Shown piece by piece: positions 20,685-29,665 of a DNA stretch of 64,000 nt (within the stretch, counting starts at the first letter, position 1; each line of letters begins with the position of its first letter). Origin of the DNA: an uncultured Phycisphaerales bacterium (GTDB lineage Bacteria > Planctomycetota > Phycisphaerae > Tepidisphaerales > Tepidisphaeraceae); contig CAVWVQ010000003.1 in the NCBI GenBank assembly GCA_963758525.1, forward strand, positions 1,152,001-1,216,000, written 5' to 3'. A model generated the notes under the pieces. That model was not told the DNA's origin and ran no database searches. It saw only the letters and a program-made list of their open reading frames with translations. The position numbers and the translations under genes are program-made.

Positions 20685-21718
20685 ATGGAACCATCCGATC
20701 CTCCGACTCCTCGCGTTTCGCTCCCGACGGTGCCGCGGGGCTGGTACTACTTCTGTCGGGCGAGCGATCTTCGGCCAGGACCGGCGCGACTGGATTTTGG
20801 CGGCGAGCGCTATGCGGCCTTTCGCGCGCCCGATGGGCAAGCGGCAGTGCTAAACGCCCGGTGCTCGCATATGGGGGCGGACCTTTCCAGCGGAATGGTG
20901 ATCGACGGCGGGTTGCGCTGTCCTTTGCACGCCTGGGAATATTCCGCCGATGGGTCATGCCGGCGCCTGCCGGCCGGCGGAACGATCCCGCCTCTGGCCC
21001 GGCAGGCGGTGTTTCCATCGGCAGAAGTTGGGGGACACGTCTTCTTCTTCAATGCGCCGGTGGCGCGGCATCCGATGCCATTCTTTGCCGGCAAATCCTC
21101 GGACGAGCTGCTGGCGGCCGATCCGTTCGATCTGAAGATCAAAGCGCCATGGTACATGGTGGGGGCGAATGCGTTTGACCAGCAGCATTTTCGGGTGGCG
21201 CACGACCGGACACTTCTGGACACGCCGGTGGTGGAGTCGCCGGCGCCGTTGCGCAGCGCATCACCGCCAACTACGCGGTCGCCGGCAAGTCGCTGCGCGA
21301 CCGCATCACCCGGCGAGTGTCCGGGCCGCGCGTACGAATGACCGTCACGATCTGGGGCGGCACGCTGATTTTCGTGGAGGCCAGCTTCCAGCGGACCACC
21401 ACCTACGGGTTGGTCAGCGTTGCTCCAATCGACGATCACAGCGCAACGATGCGCACCATCGTCTGGGTCCAGAGAAGCAGCGGAGCGGTGGCTCGCGCGA
21501 TCATCGACCCGCTCGACGCGTGGCTGCGACGCCAATTTATTCATGCGTTCCTGATGGAAGACGCAGTGAGAAGCGACGGCGTACGGTACAATCCCGCGAC
21601 GGTCATCGAAGCTGATCGCGGTTTGGCGGCGTACATGGCGTGGCTCGAATCCATATGCGCCGTCCAACCTGATCCATCTCAATTCTGCCCGGGAGGTTCT
21701 CATGTCTGTCATTCGTGA
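20685..21718 (+). CDS. Rieske [2Fe-2S] oxygenase alpha subunit (frameshift ~21250)
   Basis: CSHMGADL...CPLHAWEY Rieske motif; NAFDQQHFRVAH mononuclear iron motif; C-terminal FLMED in second frame. Confidence 0.85.
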
Positions 21719-22325
21719 CCGCACTCGATGGCCCCTGTTGCTTGTGATGCTGTGTGCGATTCCGCTGCGGGCTCAGACGACGCAGGGCATCACTGAGCCC
21801 GATCCGCTCAAGGCGATCGCGGCGCTCCGCGGCGAGCTGATCGACAGCTTCAACAAGCGCGACATCGATCGGCTGCTGTCCAACCTCGATCCCGATGTGA
21901 TCGTCACGTGGCAAAACGGAGAAGTCTGCCGCGGACCGGGCGCGGTTCGGGACTACTACAACCGGATGATCGCGGGGCCTAATCCGGTGGTGGTGAATTT
22001 CACGTCCGATCCAACCGTGACCGACCGGCACGTTTACGGCGACTGGGCCGTCTCCTGGGGAAATCTTCACGACAAATACGAATTGAAAGATGGCGATCAC
22101 TTCGCTCTCAACAGCCTGTTCACGGCCACGATCGCGCGGCGCGGCGACGCGTGGAAAGTGGTGAGTTTTCACGCATCGGTCAACGCGTTTGAAAATCCGA
22201 TCCTTGGCATGGTCGCGAAGAAATCGGCGACGTGGGCAGGCATCATCGCCGCGGTTGTCGGCGCGCTGATCGGCATCGTGCTGGGCCGGCTTTCCGCGCG
22301 GCGCAAAGCGATTGTTCCCCAATGA
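21702..22325 (+). CDS. Exported NTF2/SnoaL-like protein with C-terminal TM anchor
   Basis: Signal peptide, FNKRDIDRLL, RGDAWKVVSFHAS, terminal hydrophobic helix followed by basic residues. Confidence 0.75.
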   Translation: MSVIRDRTRWPLLLVMLCAIPLRAQTTQGITEPDPLKAIAALRGELIDSFNKRDIDRLLSNLDPDVIVTWQNGEVCRGPGAVRDYYNRMIAGPNPVVVNFTSDPTVTDRHVYGDWAVSWGNLHDKYELKDGDHFALNSLFTATIARRGDAWKVVSFHASVNAFENPILGMVAKKSATWAGIIAAVVGALIGIVLGRLSARRKAIVPQ

Positions 22326-23278
22326 TCCGCAGTCCGGACAGCGACGAGGCCGAACAGTCGCTTCTCGACCGCGCTGGCGTGCATCCAATGTGTCTGCAAA
22401 GCCAGACGCCGGGGCCATCGGCCTGGCGCGAGCTGGTGGGCTCCCTGGGCATCGACTTCGCCACTGCAGTGCAATACTTGCGAGTCCGCGTGCATTCGCG
22501 GCATGCGGCGTTTGCCGATGCGGTGGAATCATCTCATTCGCGCACCCCGTCCGGTGACACGCCGCGGATCGTGATCATGCCGGGCGCCTTTTACCGGCAA
22601 TACCCGCGGACCGGAGCCGACGGAGAGATGGTGCGATCGATTGCCGGCGACCTGGGTTGGCCGGTCGAGCGTGTAGAGGTTGCGAGCATGGCAACCATGG
22701 CCGAAAACGCCGAGGCGCTGGCGGCACTGCTGCGCCGGCTTTCGTCTGGCCCGGTGATTCTGATTTCCCTGAGCAAGGGAGGCTCGGACGTGCGCACGGC
22801 GCTGGCCCGACCCGATCTCGCGGACGCGCTTGTGAAGGTGAGGATGTGGTTGAATCTCAGCGGAATCGTCACCGGAACGGCGCTTGTCGGTTGGCTGCAA
22901 TCGCACCCGCTAAACTATTGGGGCGTGCGATCGCTGCTCGCGCTGCGCCGCCAGTCGTTTGCCGCTGTTCGCGAGCTGCGGCGCGAGCCGGGGGCGCCGC
23001 TGTCCATGCCACTGACGCTGCCGGCCCATCTCACAGCAGTGCATGTGCTGGGCTTTCCGCTGATCGGGCATCTCAGCGACAACTGGGCCCGCCGCGGGCA
23101 CGCGCGGCTCGCGCCGCTGGGCCCCAACGACGGCGGCGGAATTCTCCTGGCGGATTGCGAGAGCCTGCCGGGCCAAATCTATCCAGCGTGGGGCGCGGAT
23201 CACTATCTCCGTCCCGCCTGGATCAGGAAGCGCCTGGCGACGATCGTGTCTCAGTCCGGGGTCGTTGCAATGACATAG
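22322..23278 (+). CDS. Alpha/beta-hydrolase fold protein
   Basis: IMPG oxyanion region, SLSKGG nucleophile elbow, NDGG, ADH. Confidence 0.7.
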   Translation: MIRSPDSDEAEQSLLDRAGVHPMCLQSQTPGPSAWRELVGSLGIDFATAVQYLRVRVHSRHAAFADAVESSHSRTPSGDTPRIVIMPGAFYRQYPRTGADGEMVRSIAGDLGWPVERVEVASMATMAENAEALAALLRRLSSGPVILISLSKGGSDVRTALARPDLADALVKVRMWLNLSGIVTGTALVGWLQSHPLNYWGVRSLLALRRQSFAAVRELRREPGAPLSMPLTLPAHLTAVHVLGFPLIGHLSDNWARRGHARLAPLGPNDGGGILLADCESLPGQIYPAWGADHYLRPAWIRKRLATIVSQSGVVAMT

Positions 23279-23987
23279 CAGTCGCGTCCGGCGCAGAGGC
23301 GGCGGCCGACACTCCAGCGATGTTTGGGGCGCTTTTCCGCCATGCCAGCGCATGCGCTGCCAGCCCAAGCACAGCACCGCCAAGCGTGTCGACGGCATAG
23401 TGCTCCTTGGTAGCCAGCGTGGCATAGCAAATTGCCGCGCCCCAGATGATGCACAACGCGGCGCAGGCGCGCGGCAGTTGTCCGCGAAAGCTCCGCCAGC
23501 CGAAAGCGAGGGTGTACACCAGCAAACCTACGTGCAAAGACGGAAAAGAATTGAGCGTGGCATCGTACTGGATCAGCAGCCAGCACATGCCGTGTGCATC
23601 CGGCATCGGGGGGCGAGGCGCGCGGATTGGATAGAGGATGAAGATCGCGAAACTGACAGCCGACAGCAAGACCAATCCGATGGCATACCGCCGCAAATCT
23701 TCACGGCGATCCGCGAGCCAGGGAATCAGATTGATCGGGATATACAGCGACTGATAGACCCAGATCCAAGTATAGGGATGAAATCCGATTGCCCTGTCGA
23801 GCGCGGTGAGCGGCAGCCGATGCTCCGGCATCAGCGGATGGAACCCGATCAGGAAGTAGGCTGAACAAAACAGGACTCCCGCGGCGATCTGTAACCCCGC
23901 CTTGAGCCTCCAGTGCAACCGAAGGCGCAGCGCCGCACTGCGGGCAAAGGAACGCCAGCTCGGCCTATTGAATGACCCGGCCGGCAT
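23223..23987 (-). CDS. PAP2 superfamily membrane enzyme (inositol-phosphorylceramide synthase-like)
   Basis: P...PR, NSFPSLH and EHYAVD motifs, multiple TM helices. Confidence 0.8.
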   Translation of the reverse strand: MPAGSFNRPSWRSFARSAALRLRLHWRLKAGLQIAAGVLFCSAYFLIGFHPLMPEHRLPLTALDRAIGFHPYTWIWVYQSLYIPINLIPWLADRREDLRRYAIGLVLLSAVSFAIFILYPIRAPRPPMPDAHGMCWLLIQYDATLNSFPSLHVGLLVYTLAFGWRSFRGQLPRACAALCIIWGAAICYATLATKEHYAVDTLGGAVLGLAAHALAWRKSAPNIAGVSAAASAPDATAMSLQRPRTETRSSPGAS

Positions 23988-24918
23988 ACTTGTTCTCGAC
24001 CCGCTGATCGGTGCGCCGCGGGCCGTGCCACATGCGAAGGTAGGCCAATGGCAAAAAGCCGCGCGGCTCAACTGCTTCGGTCCCTATTCGCGGGAGATGC
24101 ACCCAGGGGACGGTGGGATGTTCGTGATGCACGCGATGCCAGTTGTGATTCAGCCAGATCGCGTCGATCGGTGCGAACAGTTTCAAGTTGCGCGCGCCGC
24201 GGGTGACGTGCCGCTCGGTGGCATAATGATGCACATATTGCATCGCCGACCACGAAAAACCGAACGCTCCATACAGTGCCAGATCATTCAGCAGCGGCAC
24301 GCGGAGGAGCAGGAGAATGCACGCGTGCAGCACGATGGCGGCAATCCCTTCGCATCTGATCCACCGCAGATGCGCCGGGTTGAACGATTCGAGAAACGCC
24401 GCGCCAGGCCGGTCGAACTTCACGTGGCGTTCCACTTTGAAATGCCGGCGGTCGAGCAGAAACGGAAATGCGGCCGCAACGACATTGCTCACCACGACCA
24501 GCAGATAATACAGGCCGGTGAGAATCCCGATCCAGGCCATCCACCTCCAGACCGGATTGTCTCCCTCGAAGTAGAGATCGAACGCCTCGTCATCGGAGCG
24601 GTTGCGAAGGTGATGTCCGATGTGCCCCTGGCGCAGGAGATGGAACGGGGCGGGGAAGAACAACGCCATGAGGATGCCCGCTGCCTCGTTGACCCTTCGA
24701 TCCGGGAAGAGCATGGCGTGCTCGGCTTCGTGGATGATCGAATAAACGGAGTTCATCAGGATGGCAAATCCAACGGCCAGCCCCGCGACGGGCCAGAAGC
24801 CGTGGAGTCGTTTGGCGGCAGTGAAACAGACCGCCAGCGCGACCAGCTGCGCAGCGATGATGAGCGCATTGAAAGCGGTGGGGATCCGATGGTTTGCCGC
24901 GGCGGAATTGCGAATCAT
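23965..24918 (-). CDS. Membrane fatty acid desaturase family protein
   Basis: His boxes HEAEH, HIGHH, HRVHH; AAGGAG upstream of ATG at 24918. Confidence 0.88.
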   Translation of the reverse strand: MIRNSAAANHRIPTAFNALIIAAQLVALAVCFTAAKRLHGFWPVAGLAVGFAILMNSVYSIIHEAEHAMLFPDRRVNEAAGILMALFFPAPFHLLRQGHIGHHLRNRSDDEAFDLYFEGDNPVWRWMAWIGILTGLYYLLVVVSNVVAAAFPFLLDRRHFKVERHVKFDRPGAAFLESFNPAHLRWIRCEGIAAIVLHACILLLLRVPLLNDLALYGAFGFSWSAMQYVHHYATERHVTRGARNLKLFAPIDAIWLNHNWHRVHHEHPTVPWVHLPRIGTEAVEPRGFLPLAYLRMWHGPRRTDQRVENKYAGRVIQ

Positions 24919-25022
24919 TCGAAAACCATTCTCCTTTGGATCGACCAATATGGTACGCTTGGGATCGCACCTGGCGGTAGCGAAAAATGGCAGGTCCCCG
25001 GCAGATTGGGGTTCGTTCGCCC

Positions 25023-26426
25023 ATGTCATCGCATTCGAAGAAGCTTCGCGTTGTTTTAATTTCTCCCAAGGGACCGCTCTACCGCCATCGCGGCGGACTT
25101 TTCAAGCAATCGCTCCGCTATCAGCCGCTGACGCTGACGACGCTGGCCGCGCTGCTTCCGCCGGAACTGCCGATCGAGCTGACGCTGATCGACGAGGGAA
25201 TCGCCGACGTCCCCGACCAAATAGACGCGGACCTGGTCGGACTGACGGTGATCACCGGCACCGCGCCGCGCGCTTACGAGCTGAGCGATCGGTTCCGCGC
25301 GGCAGGCATTGCCGTCGTGCTGGGCGGCCCGCATGTCACGCTCATTCCCGAAGATGCCCAGCCGCACGCCGACGCGGTCGTCGTCGGCTACGCCGAAGAC
25401 AGTTGGCCCCAACTGCTTCGCGATTTCGCTGCCGGTGCATTGCGACCGCGTTACGACCAGTCGCCGGGGCTCGATCTGGCCGATCGTCCTTTTGCGCGTC
25501 GCGATCTTCTGCCGCGCTGGCGATACCTCACCAGCGACGTCTTCGAAGCAACGCGCGGCTGCGTTCACAACTGCGATTTCTGCGTGGTTCCGTCCGCGTG
25601 GGGACGCAAACCGTTGCAGAAGCCGGTGGAGGACGTGGTGCGCGACATCCGCGCCGAGAGAGCGAGGAAGCTGATCTTCGTGGATCTGAATCTCATCGCG
25701 GATCGCGAATATGCCGTGCGGCTGTTTACTGCACTGGTGCCGCTGGGCGTGCAATGGTACGGCCTGTCGACGGTGCTATTGACCGAAGATCGGCCGCTGC
25801 TGGATCTGGCTGCGCGAAGCGGGTGCCGCGGGTTGCTGATGGGGCTGGAGTCGATTTCGCCGGAGAATCTCCGCGCCAGTCGAAAGGGTTTCAACTCGCC
25901 CCAGCGGTATGCCGAAGTCGTTCGACGGCTGCACGATCGCGGGATCGCGCTGCAGGGATGCTTCGTCTTCGGACTCGATGGCGACGATCCGGATGTCTTC
26001 CTCAAGACCTCGCAGTTTGCCGTCGACGTGCGCATCGATCTGCCCCGATTTGCGATCGTCACGCCCTTCCCCAACACCGAGCTCTATCGGCGCCTCGTCA
26101 GCGAGGGACGCATCCTCACGAGAAACTGGGAACTGTACGACGGGCAACATGTCGTTTTTCAGCCGAAGCAAATGAGCGTTCAGGAGTTGCAGGACGGCAC
26201 CGAAGCCGCGTGGAAACACGCTTACAGCGCACGGTCGATTCTCAAACGTCTCGCGCACTCGCCCGCGCCGTGGTCGGTGCGCCTGGCGACAAATCTGGGC
26301 TACCGCTTTTACGCGAATCATCTGAGCCGTTTCTATAACTGCGACTGGATCATCGGCAGATCGCCACGGCGCGGCCGCGCCCCGTTTGTCGCGGGGCTAC
26401 CGACGGTGCAAGAGAGGCCGGCGTGA
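25023..26426 (+). CDS. B12-binding radical SAM enzyme 1
   Basis: N-terminal cobalamin-binding region (VVLGGPHVT), CVHNCDFC, TPFPNT. Confidence 0.9.
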   Translation: MSSHSKKLRVVLISPKGPLYRHRGGLFKQSLRYQPLTLTTLAALLPPELPIELTLIDEGIADVPDQIDADLVGLTVITGTAPRAYELSDRFRAAGIAVVLGGPHVTLIPEDAQPHADAVVVGYAEDSWPQLLRDFAAGALRPRYDQSPGLDLADRPFARRDLLPRWRYLTSDVFEATRGCVHNCDFCVVPSAWGRKPLQKPVEDVVRDIRAERARKLIFVDLNLIADREYAVRLFTALVPLGVQWYGLSTVLLTEDRPLLDLAARSGCRGLLMGLESISPENLRASRKGFNSPQRYAEVVRRLHDRGIALQGCFVFGLDGDDPDVFLKTSQFAVDVRIDLPRFAIVTPFPNTELYRRLVSEGRILTRNWELYDGQHVVFQPKQMSVQELQDGTEAAWKHAYSARSILKRLAHSPAPWSVRLATNLGYRFYANHLSRFYNCDWIIGRSPRRGRAPFVAGLPTVQERPA

Positions 26427-27781
26427 AACTGACGATTATTCATCCGTGCATCGGACGTCATGCGGGAGACCGCAAATACATCCGCACCTGGCAGATGGAG
26501 CCCCTGCCCGCCGCCGCGATCGCGGGACTGACGCCGCGCGACGTGGACGTGACGTTTTACGACGATCGGCTCGAATTGATCCCATTCGACGAACCGGCGG
26601 ATCTCGTGGCGATGAGCGTTGAAACATACACCGCAAAGCGCGCGTATCAGATCGCCAGCGAATATCGCCGGCGCGGCGTGCCGGTGGTGATGGGCGGCTT
26701 CCATGCGTCGCTGCTGCCGGACGAAGTCAGCCGCCACGCGGAATCCGTGGTTGTCGGGGAGGCCGAGGCGATCTGGCCGCGCATCATCGACGACGCGCGC
26801 CACGGTCGGCTGGAAAAGATCTACCGCCAGAGCGGCCGCCCGTCCCTCGCGGGCATGAAGCCCGACCGCGCGATCTTCCGCGGGAAGCGATATCTGCCGA
26901 TCGGGCTGGTGGAGGCGGGCCGCGGGTGTCATTTCAAGTGCGAGTTCTGCGCGGTGCAAACCGTCTTCGGCGCGACGCAGACGCGCCGGCCGATCGACGA
27001 CATCCTGCGCGAAGTGGCGGAGGTGCGGCACTACCGCCGGCTCTTCTTCTTCGTCGACGACAACATCACGTCCAACATGCGGCAGGCGAAGGATTTCTTC
27101 CGCGCACTGATCCCGCTGAAGATACGCTGGGTGAGTCAGGCGAGCATTAACGCCGCCCACGACGAGGAATTTCTCGACCTGCTGGTGCGCAGCGGCTGCA
27201 TGGGCGTGCTGATCGGATTCGAAAGCCTGAACCCCGCGAATTTAAAGGAGATGAACAAGTCGTTCAACACGATGCGCGGCGGATTCGCCAAGGCGCTTGC
27301 CAACCTCCGCCGTCACCGGTTGCGCGTCTATGGCACGTTCATCTTCGGATACGACCGCGACACCCGCGACAGTTTCACCGAGACGGTCGATTTCGCGCAA
27401 GAGCATGCCCTTTACATTGCCGCGTTCAATCACCTCACGCCGTTTCCCGGAACCCCGCTGTATGCGCGCCTGGAATCGGAGGGCCGGCTGCGATACCCCA
27501 GTTGGTGGCTGGATGACCGGTATCGCTACAACAATATTCCCTTCACGCCCGCGTCGATGAGCGCGGCGGATCTTCAGCGATATTGCCTGCTCGCTCGCCG
27601 GGCGTTTTATTCCTGGCCGAGCATCGTCCGACGCGGCTTCGACGCGGTGAACCGGGACGATGCGTTCATGTGGAAAAACTTCTATCTCATTAACGCAATG
27701 CATCGATCCGACGTGAGCATGCGCGACGAATATCCCCTTGGAGATGAAGCCTGGAAAGGGCCGTTCCTGTCGGCAAATTGA
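26423..27781 (+). CDS. B12-binding radical SAM enzyme 2
   Basis: VVMGGFHAS, CHFKCEFC, FVDDN, TPFPGT; GTGA overlap with enzyme 1. Confidence 0.9.
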   Translation: MKLTIIHPCIGRHAGDRKYIRTWQMEPLPAAAIAGLTPRDVDVTFYDDRLELIPFDEPADLVAMSVETYTAKRAYQIASEYRRRGVPVVMGGFHASLLPDEVSRHAESVVVGEAEAIWPRIIDDARHGRLEKIYRQSGRPSLAGMKPDRAIFRGKRYLPIGLVEAGRGCHFKCEFCAVQTVFGATQTRRPIDDILREVAEVRHYRRLFFFVDDNITSNMRQAKDFFRALIPLKIRWVSQASINAAHDEEFLDLLVRSGCMGVLIGFESLNPANLKEMNKSFNTMRGGFAKALANLRRHRLRVYGTFIFGYDRDTRDSFTETVDFAQEHALYIAAFNHLTPFPGTPLYARLESEGRLRYPSWWLDDRYRYNNIPFTPASMSAADLQRYCLLARRAFYSWPSIVRRGFDAVNRDDAFMWKNFYLINAMHRSDVSMRDEYPLGDEAWKGPFLSAN

Positions 27782-27923
27782 TGCGATGGGACACTTTGCG
27801 GAGGACTGAGGGATTCATGACTGTCATGGAGACAAAGCCTCGAGCGATCGATGGCGTTGCGGTCTTCCGGGCGCCTGCGCAGCAGATGACGAGCAGCTCC
27901 GCCGTCTGCTTCGAGAGAACCCG

Positions 27924-28943
27924 ATGCCGGCCGGGATTTCGCTCTCGATGGAGCGGGAGCCGAATTACTTCGCCGGAGCCGCGATGGACGGCTCGGAACA
28001 TCAAACCATCGTGGCGATCGAGGATGGGCGCGTCGTTTGTGCCGGCACGATCGGCGTCAGTTCCCGGTTTCTCAACGGCGTTGCGGCACGGGTTGGATAT
28101 CTCAGCGGACTGCGTCTGGATCGCGCCTGCCGAAGCCGGCCGTCCATCCTGCGGCAAGGGTATCAGGTGTTCCATGATCTTCACCGGCGCGCTGGCGAAC
28201 CCGCCGTCTATCTGACCAGCATCTTTTCTGCCAATGCACGCGCGATCCGATTTTTCGAGCGCAATCTCCCGTGGATGCCGACCTACCGCAGGATCGCGGA
28301 TTTTGTCACGGTTGTCCTTCGCGTGCGTCCGCAACTGCGCGAGGCCGACGGCGCCGCGAGCGGGTGCGCCGCCGCAGAATCGGATTTGCCGCTCATCACC
28401 GATCTGCTCAATCGGCAGAATGAACAGCTTCAATTTGCCCCGGTATGGAGTGTCGAGAAGCTCAAGCGATGCAGCGCATTACAGGCGGCCGATTTTCGCC
28501 TGGCCCGCGATCGCGACGATCACCTTGCCTGGTGCGCCGCGGTCTGGGATCAGCGCGCCGTCCGGCAAACCGTTGTCCGCGGCTACCCGCCGATGCTGCG
28601 ACGGATGCGTCCGCTCGTTAATTTCGGTGCGCGCCTTCTGCGAACGCCGCGGCTCCCTGCGGTCGGCAAGACGATTCCGCTCGCGTTTGCGTCGCATATC
28701 GCGGCAACGCCCGACTCGCTGCCGGCTGCCCTCCGGTCGCTCGAGACTGCCGCGAGCCAGCGCGGCATTGAATATCTGACGGTCGGATTTGACGCCCGCG
28801 ACCCGCGGCTTGGCGTTGTTCGCAGGCATTTCAAAGGACGCGAGTATTCGAGCCGGATCTATCTCGTTTATTGGGAAGACGGCGCCCAATGCGCCGAAGC
28901 CGTCGCCGACGGTATCGTGGCGCCGGAAGCTGCGCTCCTATGA
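27924..28943 (+). CDS. GNAT-like protein, paralog of 19275-20354
   Basis: EREPNYFAG, VGYLSGLRLD, AVWDQR; true start probably further upstream across a frameshift (DDEQLRRLLRENPM precedes the ATG in frame). Confidence 0.65.
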   Translation: MPAGISLSMEREPNYFAGAAMDGSEHQTIVAIEDGRVVCAGTIGVSSRFLNGVAARVGYLSGLRLDRACRSRPSILRQGYQVFHDLHRRAGEPAVYLTSIFSANARAIRFFERNLPWMPTYRRIADFVTVVLRVRPQLREADGAASGCAAAESDLPLITDLLNRQNEQLQFAPVWSVEKLKRCSALQAADFRLARDRDDHLAWCAAVWDQRAVRQTVVRGYPPMLRRMRPLVNFGARLLRTPRLPAVGKTIPLAFASHIAATPDSLPAALRSLETAASQRGIEYLTVGFDARDPRLGVVRRHFKGREYSSRIYLVYWEDGAQCAEAVADGIVAPEAALL

Positions 28944-29665
28944 CTCAGACCATCGCCACCACGCACCGGTTGATGCCGCGCGCCGCGCTCGCGCCGGACG
29001 AACTGGCGGAAATGCATGGTCTGCTCGACGCCTATTTCCGCGGCGTGTCGCAGCGACAATTCCTTGGCGATCTGCGGGAAAAGAATTGGGTGATCCTGAT
29101 CGAACGGGGCGGCCGGATCGTCGGATTCTCCACGATCCTGGCGTATCAGACCGAATTTGAAGGCGAGCCGCTGGCGGTCATCTATTCCGGCGACACCGTC
29201 GTGGCACGCGAGGCCTGGAACAGTTCGGCACTGGCGCGCGGGTGGATCGAATCGGTGGCGGCGCTGCGGCCGCTCTATCCCAGCGGTCGCTTCTTCTGGC
29301 TGCTTCTGACGTCCGGTTTCCGCACCTACCGGCATCTGCCCCTGTTCTGGGAAGAGTTCTATCCCCGCTTCGACGCGCCGACGCCACCGGCAACTCAAGC
29401 GCTCATCGATCATCTTTCCGCCGAGCGCTTCGGACCGTGCTGGGACCGCGCCGCCGGCGTGGTGCGATTCGCCCATCCGCAGCCGTTGCGCGACGGGCTG
29501 GCCGAGATTCCGGTCAGTCGCTCCGCTGATCCGCACATCGCATTTTTTGCCGCCCGCAATCCCGCGCACGCGAACGGCGACGAACTCGTCTGCCTGACCG
29601 AGCTGTCCCCCGGCAATCTCACCAGCGCCGGCCGCCGGATGGCATCAGCAGTTCCGATATGGTGA
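28940..29665 (+). CDS. Uncharacterised GNAT-like protein
   Basis: IVGFST, YSGDTVV, WLLLTSGFRTYR, NPAHANGDELVC; coupled to neighbours on both sides. Confidence 0.6.
   Translation: MTQTIATTHRLMPRAALAPDELAEMHGLLDAYFRGVSQRQFLGDLREKNWVILIERGGRIVGFSTILAYQTEFEGEPLAVIYSGDTVVAREAWNSSALARGWIESVAALRPLYPSGRFFWLLLTSGFRTYRHLPLFWEEFYPRFDAPTPPATQALIDHLSAERFGPCWDRAAGVVRFAHPQPLRDGLAEIPVSRSADPHIAFFAARNPAHANGDELVCLTELSPGNLTSAGRRMASAVPIW

Noticed and set aside
23902..25059. 385-aa plus-strand ORF
   Set aside because: Antisense to the desaturase; typical high-GC shadow frame.
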